A DNA stretch of 64,000 nt from the NCBI GenBank assembly GCA_030054025.1, contig JASGCQ010000003.1:182-64181 (forward strand). The letters run 5' to 3'. The DNA is from Phycisphaerales bacterium (GTDB taxonomy: Bacteria; Bacteroidota; Bacteroidia; Chitinophagales; Chitinophagaceae). This document shows, piece by piece, positions 51,283-60,948 of the stretch. The notes below the pieces were generated by a model. That model was not told where the DNA came from and ran no database searches. It saw only the letters and a list, made by a program, of their open reading frames with translations. Both the position numbers and the translations under genes were made by a program. Position 1 is the first letter of the stretch. Each line of letters starts with the position of its first letter.

Positions 51283-51933
51283 TTATTTGCTGTTTATTTG
51301 ATGCAGTAAATGGAATACCGTTGCCAAATGCCATTTGCAATTTTTGTTTCTGTAAGTGGGTATTTTTGCTTTATTCAATTCCTTTGTAATAGCGCGCATT
51401 GTAGTGTATCCCTTTGCTTGCAGTTCTTTTATTACAGGTTTCATTTTGTTTGCAAACCTTTTTGAAAGCCGTTTGTTTTTCTTGGCAAGAACAGCGCTGT
51501 ATTTACCCAGTTTTACACCCCTTCGTTTTGCCGCTGCAAGTGCTATTACTGTTCTATACGCTGTATCTTTTCTTTCTTTCTCCGCAACAGCAGCAAGAAT
51601 ATGAAGCGTGAAGGGTTCGGCAAAAGGCGCATCAATTGCCTTAAATGCAACCTTTGATTCAATGAGTGCTGCTATAAAAGCAACGCTTCTACTGAGCCTG
51701 TCCAGTTTTGCAATTAGCAAGGTGGCATTCTGAATTTGACATTCTTTTAGCGCCGCCCTTAGCCCTGGCCTTTCATTACGCTTCCCACTTTCAGTTTCCA
51801 GAAAATCATTGACGATTTTATATCGGTTTATTCTCGCAAATCCTTCCACAGCATACCTTTGAGCATCAAGACCCAGACCGCTGGCTTCCTGTTTTTTCCT
51901 TGAAACACGATAGTATGCTATTGCTTTTTCCAT
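51283..51933 (-). CDS. Small serine recombinase (resolvase/invertase) with a C-terminal DNA-binding helix domain
   Basis: AYYRVS (catalytic Ser), GLGLDAQR, ESGKR.ERP.L, LLIAKLDRLSR, MRAITKELN...IPT...KWHLATV. Confidence 0.92.
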   Translation of the reverse strand: MEKAIAYYRVSRKKQEASGLGLDAQRYAVEGFARINRYKIVNDFLETESGKRNERPGLRAALKECQIQNATLLIAKLDRLSRSVAFIAALIESKVAFKAIDAPFAEPFTLHILAAVAEKERKDTAYRTVIALAAAKRRGVKLGKYSAVLAKKNKRLSKRFANKMKPVIKELQAKGYTTMRAITKELNKAKIPTYRNKNCKWHLATVFHLLHQINSK

Positions 51934-51961
51934 ACCATTGCTACTCCAATTGTGCTCAAAA

Positions 51962-51995
51962 TGTTCAGGTATATACCAACGTTTACCTTTGAACA
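51962..51995 (+). other. Putative recombination site A (34 bp)
   Basis: TGTTCA-GGTATA-TACCAACGT-TTACCTT-TGAACA. Confidence 0.65.
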
Positions 51996-52110
51996 GATTT
52001 GTTCACAGATTAAGTTATTTGACAAGTAGATGATACAACGAAGCCCTGCTTATAGCAAGGCTTTCGAAGAAATTTCAGAAATGAGAATTGATGTATTTAG
52101 ACGGGAGTTT

Positions 52111-52144
52111 TGTTCATAAGTGTACGTTGGTTTACTTATGAACA
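52111..52144 (-). other. Putative recombination site B (34 bp, inverted relative to A)
   Basis: Minus strand TGTTCA-TAAGTA-AACCAACGT-ACACTTA-TGAACA: same arms, core and spacing as site A. Confidence 0.65.
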
Positions 52145-52216
52145 AAAAAATTACAGTATTTTTTTGAATCGGCTATAAATTTTGCGAGGAACAAAATTCA
52201 ATTGTTGCAAAAGTTG

Positions 52217-52711
52217 TTATAGATAGTAATTCAGCAAAGCCATTAAAAACTTGTTGGCATTTTCGAAATTATCTTTCTGTTCATTAATTAACCGTATATC
52301 TTTTTCGCCGTGGAAAAGATTGTTCCGCAATCGAAAAATGATTATTGCAATAGCAATAATTTTCTCATTGGTAGGTGCGGCTGTATTAGTAAGAGTGGTA
52401 GATACGAAAAGCATTTTATCGGCGGCTCTGAATTTTAAATGTTCAAACCTGTCATTGGTCTGCCTGTTCGTTACATACCTGTTTGAGAAGTAGGAATATA
52501 CCTCCTCAAATTGACTCCAATCCAAAGCCGTATTATTAATTAACGAACGTTCAATTACATCGGCGGTGCAGAACCTACCACAAACCTTGTCTTCAAAAAT
52601 GTTCCAGAATAGAGAGAAGTATTTAACGGACTCTAATTCTACTTCGTTCAGATCCACTCCAAACTTCAGATTTATCCAGTTGAGGAGGGGTGTGAATTTT
52701 GCTTCTGTCAT
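52217..52711 (-). CDS. Putative HEPN-domain ribonuclease
   Basis: FSLFWNIFE N-terminal helix and RLRNNLFHGEK (R-x4-H) near the C-terminus. Confidence 0.65.
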   Translation of the reverse strand: MTEAKFTPLLNWINLKFGVDLNEVELESVKYFSLFWNIFEDKVCGRFCTADVIERSLINNTALDWSQFEEVYSYFSNRYVTNRQTNDRFEHLKFRAADKMLFVSTTLTNTAAPTNEKIIAIAIIIFRLRNNLFHGEKDIRLINEQKDNFENANKFLMALLNYYL

Positions 52712-52770
52712 GTAATTCTACGATTAGTTTTATTTGAAATTGATTAAACTTAGATTAGGATACTTTGGTT

Positions 52771-53658
52771 TTATTGGTTTTCAACACTTCGTTCTTTATC
52801 CTTACAGATAATGAGCATTATCGGAACTCCAGGACGATCGTGCTCCGCTTTATATTCTGGGTAGTAATAATAATAGTTGAATAAATCTTTCAGATGCTCC
52901 AGTCCAATTCCTCGCACCGTGCGGCTTGGTGCTTTACCAGAACCTACATTCAGTAGATCATTCACAATACAGTTCCAACCGTTATCAAGTTTGTTTCTAG
53001 GAGTGGTAAATTTCAATCCCATTTTCATCTCAAGGAAAAGTTGGATAAAGCAATCCCATCCATAATTTAAATTGCTTGAGCTGGGAATATCCTTTGCTAC
53101 GGGATGCCCATTATTTAGTATCAGGTATGACAAAGCTCTGTCCCGCAAATGGTCATAGTCAGGTAACATTCTTAACGAGGATAAACTACTTGAAAATCTT
53201 GCGACTGTATTTGGCATTTCGAATGTTATATCAGATTCATAAAGGCACCTTTGAGATTCTGAATTAAGAACATCAGTTTTCTTTGCCTGCATAATATTGG
53301 CTGTTGAGAAAACGGTTTTCTTGTGCTTATCAAGCAATATAAATACCGTCATCAAATCACCTAGCTCGCAACCCGGAGAACTACCAGTGCAGCTTCCAAT
53401 TGAATCTGCTGTTCGGGTAATTATAGGCTTGCCATGACAGAATACCGAAGCGAATTTTAATTCAAAATTTGTTTCCTCAGTAATTTTCTTTGCAATATTT
53501 TGGTTTAAATAGTCAACCCCCTTTCCCGGGCTTAATAAATATTGTTTTATTATTTCTGGCTCCTCTTTTGCAAAGTTTATCCCAAGCCAACTATTGCTTG
53601 CTTCAGTTCTGATCAAATCCGAATAGGCAGAAATCATATTAATGTATTGTCTGATCAT
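52771..53658 (-). CDS. Putative PD-(D/E)xK restriction-endonuclease-fold nuclease
   Basis: CELGDL...ANIMQAK: acidic residue(s) followed by a QxK motif on a beta-strand. Confidence 0.5.
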   Translation of the reverse strand: MIRQYINMISAYSDLIRTEASNSWLGINFAKEEPEIIKQYLLSPGKGVDYLNQNIAKKITEETNFELKFASVFCHGKPIITRTADSIGSCTGSSPGCELGDLMTVFILLDKHKKTVFSTANIMQAKKTDVLNSESQRCLYESDITFEMPNTVARFSSSLSSLRMLPDYDHLRDRALSYLILNNGHPVAKDIPSSSNLNYGWDCFIQLFLEMKMGLKFTTPRNKLDNGWNCIVNDLLNVGSGKAPSRTVRGIGLEHLKDLFNYYYYYPEYKAEHDRPGVPIMLIICKDKERSVENQ

Positions 53659-54356
53659 ATGGGTTTGTTTTTTGTAATCTCATCAAAAGGAAGCGCACTA
53701 TTTTCAATTGTATAATAGCCGAATTTAATAGCAGCAATAACAAGCCCAACCCGAGAATTTATTTGTAGTTTTTCAAACAGTCTGGATCTTATACCATCAA
53801 TAGTTTTGAATGTAGTTCCACATTGAATCGCTATGTCAGCATAGCTTAAATCGGAACATATCAGTTTCATAAATTCAATCTCTCTATCATTCAATACAAC
53901 AGGTTTACTTTTTGAATTAGCTATCTCTTCTATCTTTCGTTCGCTTATTGTTTCATTATAGTAATAGCCTTTTGCAATCACTTTTTTAATTGCAAAATTG
54001 AGTTCCTCAGGTGTGCATGATTTCAGCATAAACCCATTTGCGCCTGCTTTTATCACCTCAATCACCTCATGTTCGTGATCAAAAGAAGATAGTATAATAC
54101 AAGGTAAACCTGGCCATCTTTTTTTTATTTCTTTCAAAAGAACAATCCCATTCATCACTGGCATATTTATATCAATAAGGCAGGCATCTGGTAACTCGTC
54201 AGATAATAAAAGCATATCCAACATTTCCTGACCATTCTTTGCCTGTATTGTTACTTTCATTTTTCTTTTTTCCTCAATGCAATGAGTTATTCCTTCACGG
54301 ACTGCATTATGATCATCGGCAAAAGCGATCTTCTTAATATTGGCTTTCGAATTCAT
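53655..54356 (-). CDS. NarL/LuxR-type response regulator (orphan)
   Basis: IAFADDH, CLIDINMP (phospho-Asp), ILSS, GFMLK, LNDREIEF..LI..DLSYADIA HTH. Confidence 0.92.
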   Translation of the reverse strand: MNSKANIKKIAFADDHNAVREGITHCIEEKRKMKVTIQAKNGQEMLDMLLLSDELPDACLIDINMPVMNGIVLLKEIKKRWPGLPCIILSSFDHEHEVIEVIKAGANGFMLKSCTPEELNFAIKKVIAKGYYYNETISERKIEEIANSKSKPVVLNDREIEFMKLICSDLSYADIAIQCGTTFKTIDGIRSRLFEKLQINSRVGLVIAAIKFGYYTIENSALPFDEITKNKPI

Positions 54357-54450
54357 TCGTTAAAAGTAAATGGGAAGTGCTATATCTAGGCGGGGAAAAT
54401 GACACGATTTTTTTAGGTTATTTTTTGAAAATTGAATGCATGATTTCAAT

Positions 54451-54484
54451 AAAAAAGGCTATTTCATTTGATGAAATAGCCTTT
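54451..54484 (-). terminator. Terminator after the 588-aa T9SS gene
   Basis: AAAAAAGGCTATTTCAT-TTG-ATGAAATAGCCTTT. Confidence 0.8.
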
Positions 54485-54505
54485 AATCAGGTTGTTTTGA
54501 AACGT

Positions 54506-56272
54506 TTATTCTTTCACAATCTTAGCTGAATAAACAGCACCATCCGCATTATGGATTTGCACGAGATACATACCTCTCGCCAAATGGCTTATCGCTAATT
54601 GTTCTTTGTTTGATTTAGCCACAAAACTTTGCACTTGCTGGCCAAGGACGCTGAACAGGCGAACCTCTGAACCGTTCTCTAAACCTTCGAAAGTGATTAC
54701 ATCCTGTGCAGGGTTAGGGTAGATTTTGATGCTTGAATTTGCTGTTACACTTTCATTAATAGATACAGGCTCTTTACAATCTGCTTCACCAAATTTGGCA
54801 ATGAAAAAATCAGTTTGACCACCATATTTTGTAAGCGTTGTAACACCATTTATTTCGAGTGTAGATTTAAAATATCCTCCCAAATAAAAGTTACCATTTC
54901 TATCTGCTACTAATGACTGAGCTTCCTCATAGTCGCCACCTCTCACACTGTCAATTGCAATAGTAGCACCTGTTGAAGCATTTAATCTAATAAAAAAAAT
55001 GTTTGAGGGTACAGCAAACATGCTATCTGTATCCCAATACATTTTTGAGTTTACATTTCCTGCAAATGCGATTTCTCCTTTATTAGATACAGATATACAC
55101 TTTGCTTGTGTGTTTGTTGATGCACTACCACTTTTACCCCAAACAAGAATGCCTGAAGGACTTACTTTGAAAACACAAGGAACGGCAAGACCACCAAGCT
55201 TATTGACAATACTATGACCTAAAAAATTACCTCCTCCATATTCGGATGTACTGATGTAAATATTGCCATCAGCATCTAAAACTGGCGTTGAAGAGAGTAC
55301 TCCTGTATAGCTAGTAGTTGAGGATTGTTTCACCCAGATATTTGCACCTGTATTGCTGAACTTTGACAAACAATTAGTGCCTGTCATTTTTGCTGTGCCA
55401 AATTTGGGATAATTAACACCAGTAGTACCGATATTTAAAGACATCAGGTAATAAACATCTGCTTTGTAATCCCAAACCATTCGAATTCTGAATAACGAGA
55501 TTTGCTCGCCTTCAGATATGTCCAATGGAAAGCCTTTAATAAAATTACCATTGGCATCATATTTTAGTATGTGCATTGAAGGTAATGCTGTTGATATTGG
55601 AACAATATAGGAGCCCTTAGCAAATGCACCTGAATGATTAATACAGGTCAACATGGATATATTTCCTGCTTTATCTACTTCCATTGATATTGATCTAGAA
55701 TATTTGGAAATGGACATTGTATCCGGTTCAGGCATTCGAAGCCATTTGTAATTACCAGAAGTGTCAAACTTTATTATAAACAAGGATTGATAAAAACGAA
55801 AAGGAGCAACAGTGGGGGAGCGAAGCATTGTATCTGTTGCAATCGCAACAGAATCAAACATACTACCTGCAAAAAAATTACCTGAGATATAGACTCCACC
55901 TAATGTATCTGTTTTTACATCACAAGCCACATCAGATTTTTTTCCTCCAAGTATTTTGTTCCACCTGAATTTGCCGCTACAATCAAAGCTAGTCAAACAA
56001 ATATCTTTATCCCCATTACCACTTCCAATTTTATTTCCGTCAATATCAATAGTGCCAGATACTTTATTTGTAAAAACAGTAGATAGAATATAACTGTTGC
56101 CATTGGCATCCGTGGCTAAAACTTTTAATTCATCGATGTCGGTGCTATTTATACCTGATACATTTGTACCACCCCGCTTTCCCCATTGCCAGCTCTGAGC
56201 AGAGGCTTCACCAATGCTAAATGATAATTGTGTAAAGATTAATGTTGCAAAAGCGCATAATATTTTTTTCAT
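54506..56272 (-). CDS. T9SS-secreted beta-propeller (SBBP-like repeat) protein
   Basis: Signal peptide ...SAQSWQWGKRGG; repeated D..GN.Y..G.F and KFD.SG...W blades; CTD IYPNPA...GMYLV...KIVKE. Confidence 0.85.
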   Translation of the reverse strand: MKKILCAFATLIFTQLSFSIGEASAQSWQWGKRGGTNVSGINSTDIDELKVLATDANGNSYILSTVFTNKVSGTIDIDGNKIGSGNGDKDICLTSFDCSGKFRWNKILGGKKSDVACDVKTDTLGGVYISGNFFAGSMFDSVAIATDTMLRSPTVAPFRFYQSLFIIKFDTSGNYKWLRMPEPDTMSISKYSRSISMEVDKAGNISMLTCINHSGAFAKGSYIVPISTALPSMHILKYDANGNFIKGFPLDISEGEQISLFRIRMVWDYKADVYYLMSLNIGTTGVNYPKFGTAKMTGTNCLSKFSNTGANIWVKQSSTTSYTGVLSSTPVLDADGNIYISTSEYGGGNFLGHSIVNKLGGLAVPCVFKVSPSGILVWGKSGSASTNTQAKCISVSNKGEIAFAGNVNSKMYWDTDSMFAVPSNIFFIRLNASTGATIAIDSVRGGDYEEAQSLVADRNGNFYLGGYFKSTLEINGVTTLTKYGGQTDFFIAKFGEADCKEPVSINESVTANSSIKIYPNPAQDVITFEGLENGSEVRLFSVLGQQVQSFVAKSNKEQLAISHLARGMYLVQIHNADGAVYSAKIVKE

Positions 56273-56315
56273 AGAAGAGGTTTTTGGTACTTTAAAATTA
56301 AGTCATTTTTTGATT

Positions 56316-56350
56316 AAAAAGCTGCCCCGCATTTTGCGGGACAGCTTTTT
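56316..56350 (-). terminator. Terminator after the PKD/T9SS gene
   Basis: AAAAAGCTG.CCCGC-ATTTT-GCGGG.CAGCTTTTT. Confidence 0.75.
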
Positions 56351-56362
56351 GTGTTCATCAAT

Positions 56363-58246
56363 TTACTTTACTACGCTTAATTTGCCATGTAAGAATACAT
56401 TGCCATCCTGACGCAGGATTACCTGATACAATCCTGAACTGAATCCATCCAGATTGAGGATAGCTGTGCCATACCTTTCCTGTACGGACTCACTCAGCAT
56501 TTTACGGCCAGCCATATCATACACTTCAATAGATCGTTGGTCGGACTTGCCTGTAAACCCAAACTCAATGCGTACTGTGCTTTGGGCAGGGTTAGGCATC
56601 ATGGTCAGACGGGCCAACTCATTGGCAACTACATTGCCGTTGTCGATGGTCGTGTCCTCTGTGCGTCTTGCCATGCTGTTAGGGCAGGGGGTTCCTATTG
56701 GCAAAGGAATTCTCGCCCTGCAAGACTGACCAGTCATTGGGTTATAAAAAATTGCCGTAATGAAATCTATCGGACCTGTAAATCCGGGATCTGCTATATA
56801 ACGGAATTTCTTGATTGGCGAGGGTCCGATACCCGTAGCAGGTAGCAATGTGCCATTGTCGCAATAGATGGTATAGGTCACAAAAGGAGCGCAACCTATG
56901 CCCAATTCTACTGTGTCATAACACATACCTCCACCCGCCATAGTCTGTGTCGCACTAATAAACTGAATACCGCCAAAACATCCGCCAGGACAATCCTTGA
57001 ACGAAATGTTCAAATCGCCGCTTGTATCAATACAAGGGGTGTTCTCCAATACCAGATTGTAGGTTCCTGGTGCAGTGACTGAATAAGTGGTCACTGTGCC
57101 AGTGCCTTTAGATACCATCGAACCGTTCATCAACCATTCCCAATAATCAAAACTGGCTGGTGCTTTTGGTCCTAGTAAATCGAATGGTGCTTCGTTTTCG
57201 CAAAGCTCATAACAACCAACAGGGAAAACGTATTGGTAGACATCGGGCTTGTGCGGAACATCGATGTCGCTATAGGACATACAGCCAAATTCATCGGTTA
57301 GCCAAACCCTGTAAGGACCACCTGTATAAACATACACAGGTGTACCTACATCACCCGAACTCCAATTGAATGTGCCGACACTTGAAGAAGTGGCCGTCAA
57401 CTCCACTTTATATTCGGCGCAAGACAAAATATTAAAGGCAGGGGTAGGATTGACCGGATAAGGATGCACGACTACTGTAATCGGATCACTGGTATCAGTG
57501 CAGGTCACACCGGATAGCGTTACCGAAATCACCAATCGATAGGTATAGGAACCCGCTATATTGGAGAAGTCGAAATAGGGCGTAGAGCCACTGAAGCTTG
57601 GTACACCATTTTCATACCAGGTGTAGGTAGCTGATGGATCGAAAGCCGCAGCAGGATAAAATACACGATACAAAGTACCTTCGCAAACACTGGTATCAGC
57701 CGATATCAGAGCTTCGGGCACACGGTTGAAATCAACAATCGTGGTAGCTGTTTTATCGCTACAACCAATTGCATCTTTTCCCCAAACCCAATAAGCACCT
57801 GGTTCGTATACTACTCTGGTACTACTTGTATTTTCTTCCAAAAAATTAGTGCTTTCATGCCATTTAAAAGTAGTTGGCATTCCTGGACCTGGAGTTGGAT
57901 CATAAGTAAGTGTTATCGGCGAACCAGAACAGGCTAATGATGATGACGAATCTAAATACCCATCTAAATTATTTGACCTAACATCAACCGTGGCTGTCAC
58001 AGAGTCAGAACAACCATAAAGGTCAGTAATGGTCAATGTTACTAAATAATTACCAATTGCATCAGCATAAATCTTCCATGGACTCCATAGGTTATTATCC
58101 GAGCCATCCCCAAAAGTCCAATGCGCGTTCCAGGCAGGTTCAGAAACAGTCGAAGTATTGGTGAACTCTACTACTGCATCGTCAATACAAGCGGGGTTGT
58201 ATTTGGGTATGGTAAAAGAAGCACTGAATTCAAGAGTGAAGTGCAA
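56363..58246 (-). pseudogene. 5-prime-truncated PKD-domain T9SS surface protein
   Basis: Starts mid-PKD domain (ASF...C....V.FTNTS...WTFGDG) with no signal peptide; intact CTD MMPNPA...GLYQV...KLSVVK; IS1380 remnant immediately upstream. Confidence 0.7.
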
Positions 58247-58254
58247 CCGATTAC

Positions 58255-58454
58255 AAAAAACTGAATTTTTGAAAGAAACGCATCAATGCCATTTTGTCCA
58301 TCATCTTTTGCAACAGCACAATGCCTCCGTGAGCAGTGATTTCTTTGTCGGTTTAGAAACAAAAAAAACTATTGACGGTCATTAGAAGATTAAAGCCTAT
58401 TGAACTTTTTGGGTTTAAACCAAAAATGGTCTCCCCAATACTTCTAGTTTTAGG
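58255..58454 (-). mobile_element. IS1380-family left-end remnant (transposase N-terminus with stop and frameshift)
   Basis: Minus strand from ATG 58382: MTVNSFFCF*TDKEITAHGGIVLLQKMMDKM /shift/ GIDAFLSK, like the IS1380 TDKEIT.WGG..LL..M.D.. N-terminus; possible terminus CCTAAAACTAGAAGTA at 58454. Confidence 0.6.
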
Positions 58455-58502
58455 GAGGCAATTTGAAATGGCGAAGTGGGGTCAGTTTTTCTGGTATTTA
58501 CA
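58453..58502 (+). mobile_element. Possible IS21-family terminal inverted-repeat remnant
   Basis: GGGAGGCAATTTGAAATGGCGAAGTGGGGTCAGTTTTTCTGGTATTTACA: two reiterated GG..CA.TTT..TGG motifs ending in ACA. Confidence 0.4.
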
Positions 58503-58530
58503 CTGAACCAATAAACCTACCTTTGCGGCA

Positions 58531-59859
58531 ATGCAACACAAAACATTCTCAATAGATACCATCCTCAATAATCTTAATATTGATAGCCTCAATCCTATGC
58601 AAGAGGAGAGCATCGCAATCATTCAAACATATTCCAATATCGTTTTACTCTCCGATACTGGAACGGGCAAGACATTAGCTTTTCTGTTGCCCATACTCAA
58701 ACGATTGGATGCAGACAATAAGAACACACAAGCCCTTATTATCGTACCCTCGCGCGAATTGGCGATACAAATAGAAAAGGTATTCAAAAGCTTAGGTACC
58801 GGATTCAAAATCACCTGTTGCTATGGTGGGCATTTGCGCGAAACGGAGGAAAACAACCTGATTCAGCCACCAGCCTTGATTGTAGGCACACCAGGACGCT
58901 TGGCCGACCATATCCGCAGAACCAACATCACCACCGATACCATTAGCTTTTTAGTATTGGACGAATTTGATAAATCATTAGAATTAGGTTTTACAGAAGA
59001 AGTATCTTTTATCATCGGCTCACTCCCTGCACTCGAAAAAAAAATGCTTACCTCTGCTACCGAAGCGGTGGACATTCCCGAATTTTTAGGACTCGAAAGC
59101 ATACACCGCATCAATTATCTATCCGAAGACAATAAACTGGTGGATGGTCTTGCTATTCAAGTCATTCACTCGCCCGAGGCCGATAAAATTGACACCTTAT
59201 TTCAGCTATTGTGCTATTATGGCGCACGCTCTACCATAGTATTTTGCAATCACCGAGAGTCGGTAGAACGATGCAGCAAATTATTGAGCGACAAAGGCAT
59301 TTATAACGAATTTTATCACGGAGCCATGGAACAACAAGAACGTGACAGTGCTTTGTGCAAATTCCGAAATGGCAGTACAGACGTACTTATCACCACCGAC
59401 CTTGCCGCGCGAGGACTGGATATTCCTAATATTCGTTATATCGTCCACTACCACCTACCTCATACCGAAGACATTTTTACCCATCGTAATGGGCGCACCG
59501 CCCGTATGGATGCTAGTGGCACCTCTGTACTCATCATTGGTCCCGATGAAGAAGTACCCGCTTACATTGATACTGAACTACAAGAATTAAACATACCCTC
59601 CCAATCTGCCCTACCCGATCGACCCAAATGGAGTACCTTATTTATTGCCGCAGGCAAAAAAGACAAAGTAAACAAAGTAGATATTGTAGGCTTCTTGGCA
59701 CAAAAAGGACAACTCAAAAAAGAAGATATAGGCCTGATAGAAGTAAAAGATTTCTTCTCCTTTGTCGCTATACGCAAAACCAAGCTGGGCGCAGCCTTAG
59801 AGCTCATCAAGCATGAGCGTATCAAAAACAAGAAAGTACGCATTGATGTGGCTAAATAA
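58531..59859 (+). CDS. dbpA: DEAD-box RNA helicase with DbpA-type C-terminal RNA-binding domain
   Basis: Q motif LNPMQ, TGTGKT, PSRELA.Q, GTPGR, LDEFD, LTSAT, HRNGRTAR; C-terminal AGKKDKVNKVDIVG. Confidence 0.85.
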   Translation: MQHKTFSIDTILNNLNIDSLNPMQEESIAIIQTYSNIVLLSDTGTGKTLAFLLPILKRLDADNKNTQALIIVPSRELAIQIEKVFKSLGTGFKITCCYGGHLRETEENNLIQPPALIVGTPGRLADHIRRTNITTDTISFLVLDEFDKSLELGFTEEVSFIIGSLPALEKKMLTSATEAVDIPEFLGLESIHRINYLSEDNKLVDGLAIQVIHSPEADKIDTLFQLLCYYGARSTIVFCNHRESVERCSKLLSDKGIYNEFYHGAMEQQERDSALCKFRNGSTDVLITTDLAARGLDIPNIRYIVHYHLPHTEDIFTHRNGRTARMDASGTSVLIIGPDEEVPAYIDTELQELNIPSQSALPDRPKWSTLFIAAGKKDKVNKVDIVGFLAQKGQLKKEDIGLIEVKDFFSFVAIRKTKLGAALELIKHERIKNKKVRIDVAK

Positions 59860-59972
59860 ACCAGTCCAAAACAAGATTCTGCACAATAGCTCTTTTCTAT
59901 CATTAAATGAAAAAGCAAAACGAGGATTTTACACTACATTTACAAATTCAAAAAACGCTCTTTTAAGGTATT

Positions 59973-60908
59973 ATGATTAGTCGCAGAAATATTCGGGTAA
60001 AAGTGATGCAAACTTTATACACCTCGCTATCTACCCAACCCGAAAACAAAGAATTGGCTACCGAAAGCGGACTGAAAATACTGAACGAAAAACTGTCATT
60101 ATCGCTCGAGTTGTTCACCACTGTTATTGGCTATATCGCTTCAGTAGCTCAATATGCCGAAGCAGATGCCCGATTTCGCTCATCGAAATACATACCCACA
60201 GAGGAAGATAAAAGTGTAAACACCAAAATTGCAGGCAACCACTTTATTTGGAAAACCCTAAGCAACGAAACTTACCAAGAAAAGCTCAAATCTTCATCCA
60301 TTGCCCAAAACATAGATGAGAACTGGGTGAAAAAATTGTACCAGCAACTCTGCCTCTCCGAGATGTATAAAACCTATATAGCCGCAGATAGCCGTGATGC
60401 CAAAAGCGAGAAAGCAATTATCCGCTATATATGGACAGAGCTTATCATCAACAACGAAGATTTTCAATCCTATCTGCAAGACGAGATTTCGGGCTGGGAA
60501 GATGACAAAGAGATGATTTATATCTTGATGGACAACTTTTTCAAAAACAGTTCGAACATCAACTTTATGGCATTACTCACCAGCGAAAAACTGGACTATG
60601 CCAAATCACTCCTGTCTACTGCCATAGAAAAGTTCGACTATTGTATGGAGCTGATAGAACCCAAGCTCATCAATTGGGAGGCCGACCGTGTGGCCTTGAT
60701 AGATTTGATATTACTGCGCTTGGGCGTTTGCGAGCTACTCTACTTCCCTACCATCCCCACAAAGGTAACCATCAATGAGTACATCGAAATCGCCAAACAA
60801 TACAGCACTCCACAAAGCGGACATTTTGTAAACGCCGTTTTGGATAAGATTTTGAAAGACCTTGAAAAAGATAAAAAAATAAGCAAACAAGACCGTTTGA
60901 CACATTAA
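59973..60908 (+). CDS. nusB: Transcription antitermination factor NusB (long Bacteroidota form)
   Basis: MISRRNIRVKVMQ.LY; NWEADRVA.IDLILL.LG..E....IP.KVTINEYIEIAK.YSTP.S..FVNAVLD. Confidence 0.95.
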   Translation: MISRRNIRVKVMQTLYTSLSTQPENKELATESGLKILNEKLSLSLELFTTVIGYIASVAQYAEADARFRSSKYIPTEEDKSVNTKIAGNHFIWKTLSNETYQEKLKSSSIAQNIDENWVKKLYQQLCLSEMYKTYIAADSRDAKSEKAIIRYIWTELIINNEDFQSYLQDEISGWEDDKEMIYILMDNFFKNSSNINFMALLTSEKLDYAKSLLSTAIEKFDYCMELIEPKLINWEADRVALIDLILLRLGVCELLYFPTIPTKVTINEYIEIAKQYSTPQSGHFVNAVLDKILKDLEKDKKISKQDRLTH

Positions 60909-60948
60909 TTTTGCACCTCGTTTGAACATCACAAAAAAAAATTGCACA

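Larger units (their letters stand above)
49365..58502. mobile_element. Probable genomic island downstream of tRNA-Phe
   Basis: Serine recombinase, defence-like genes, T9SS cargo, a truncated gene and IS remnants between tRNA-Phe and the helicase gene; all CDSs on minus; no attR duplication found. Confidence 0.55.

Noticed and set aside
58158-58385. ORF-track 75-aa plus and 63-aa minus ORFs
   Set aside because: Explained as alternative frames of the broken IS1380 transposase start and the truncated PKD gene.
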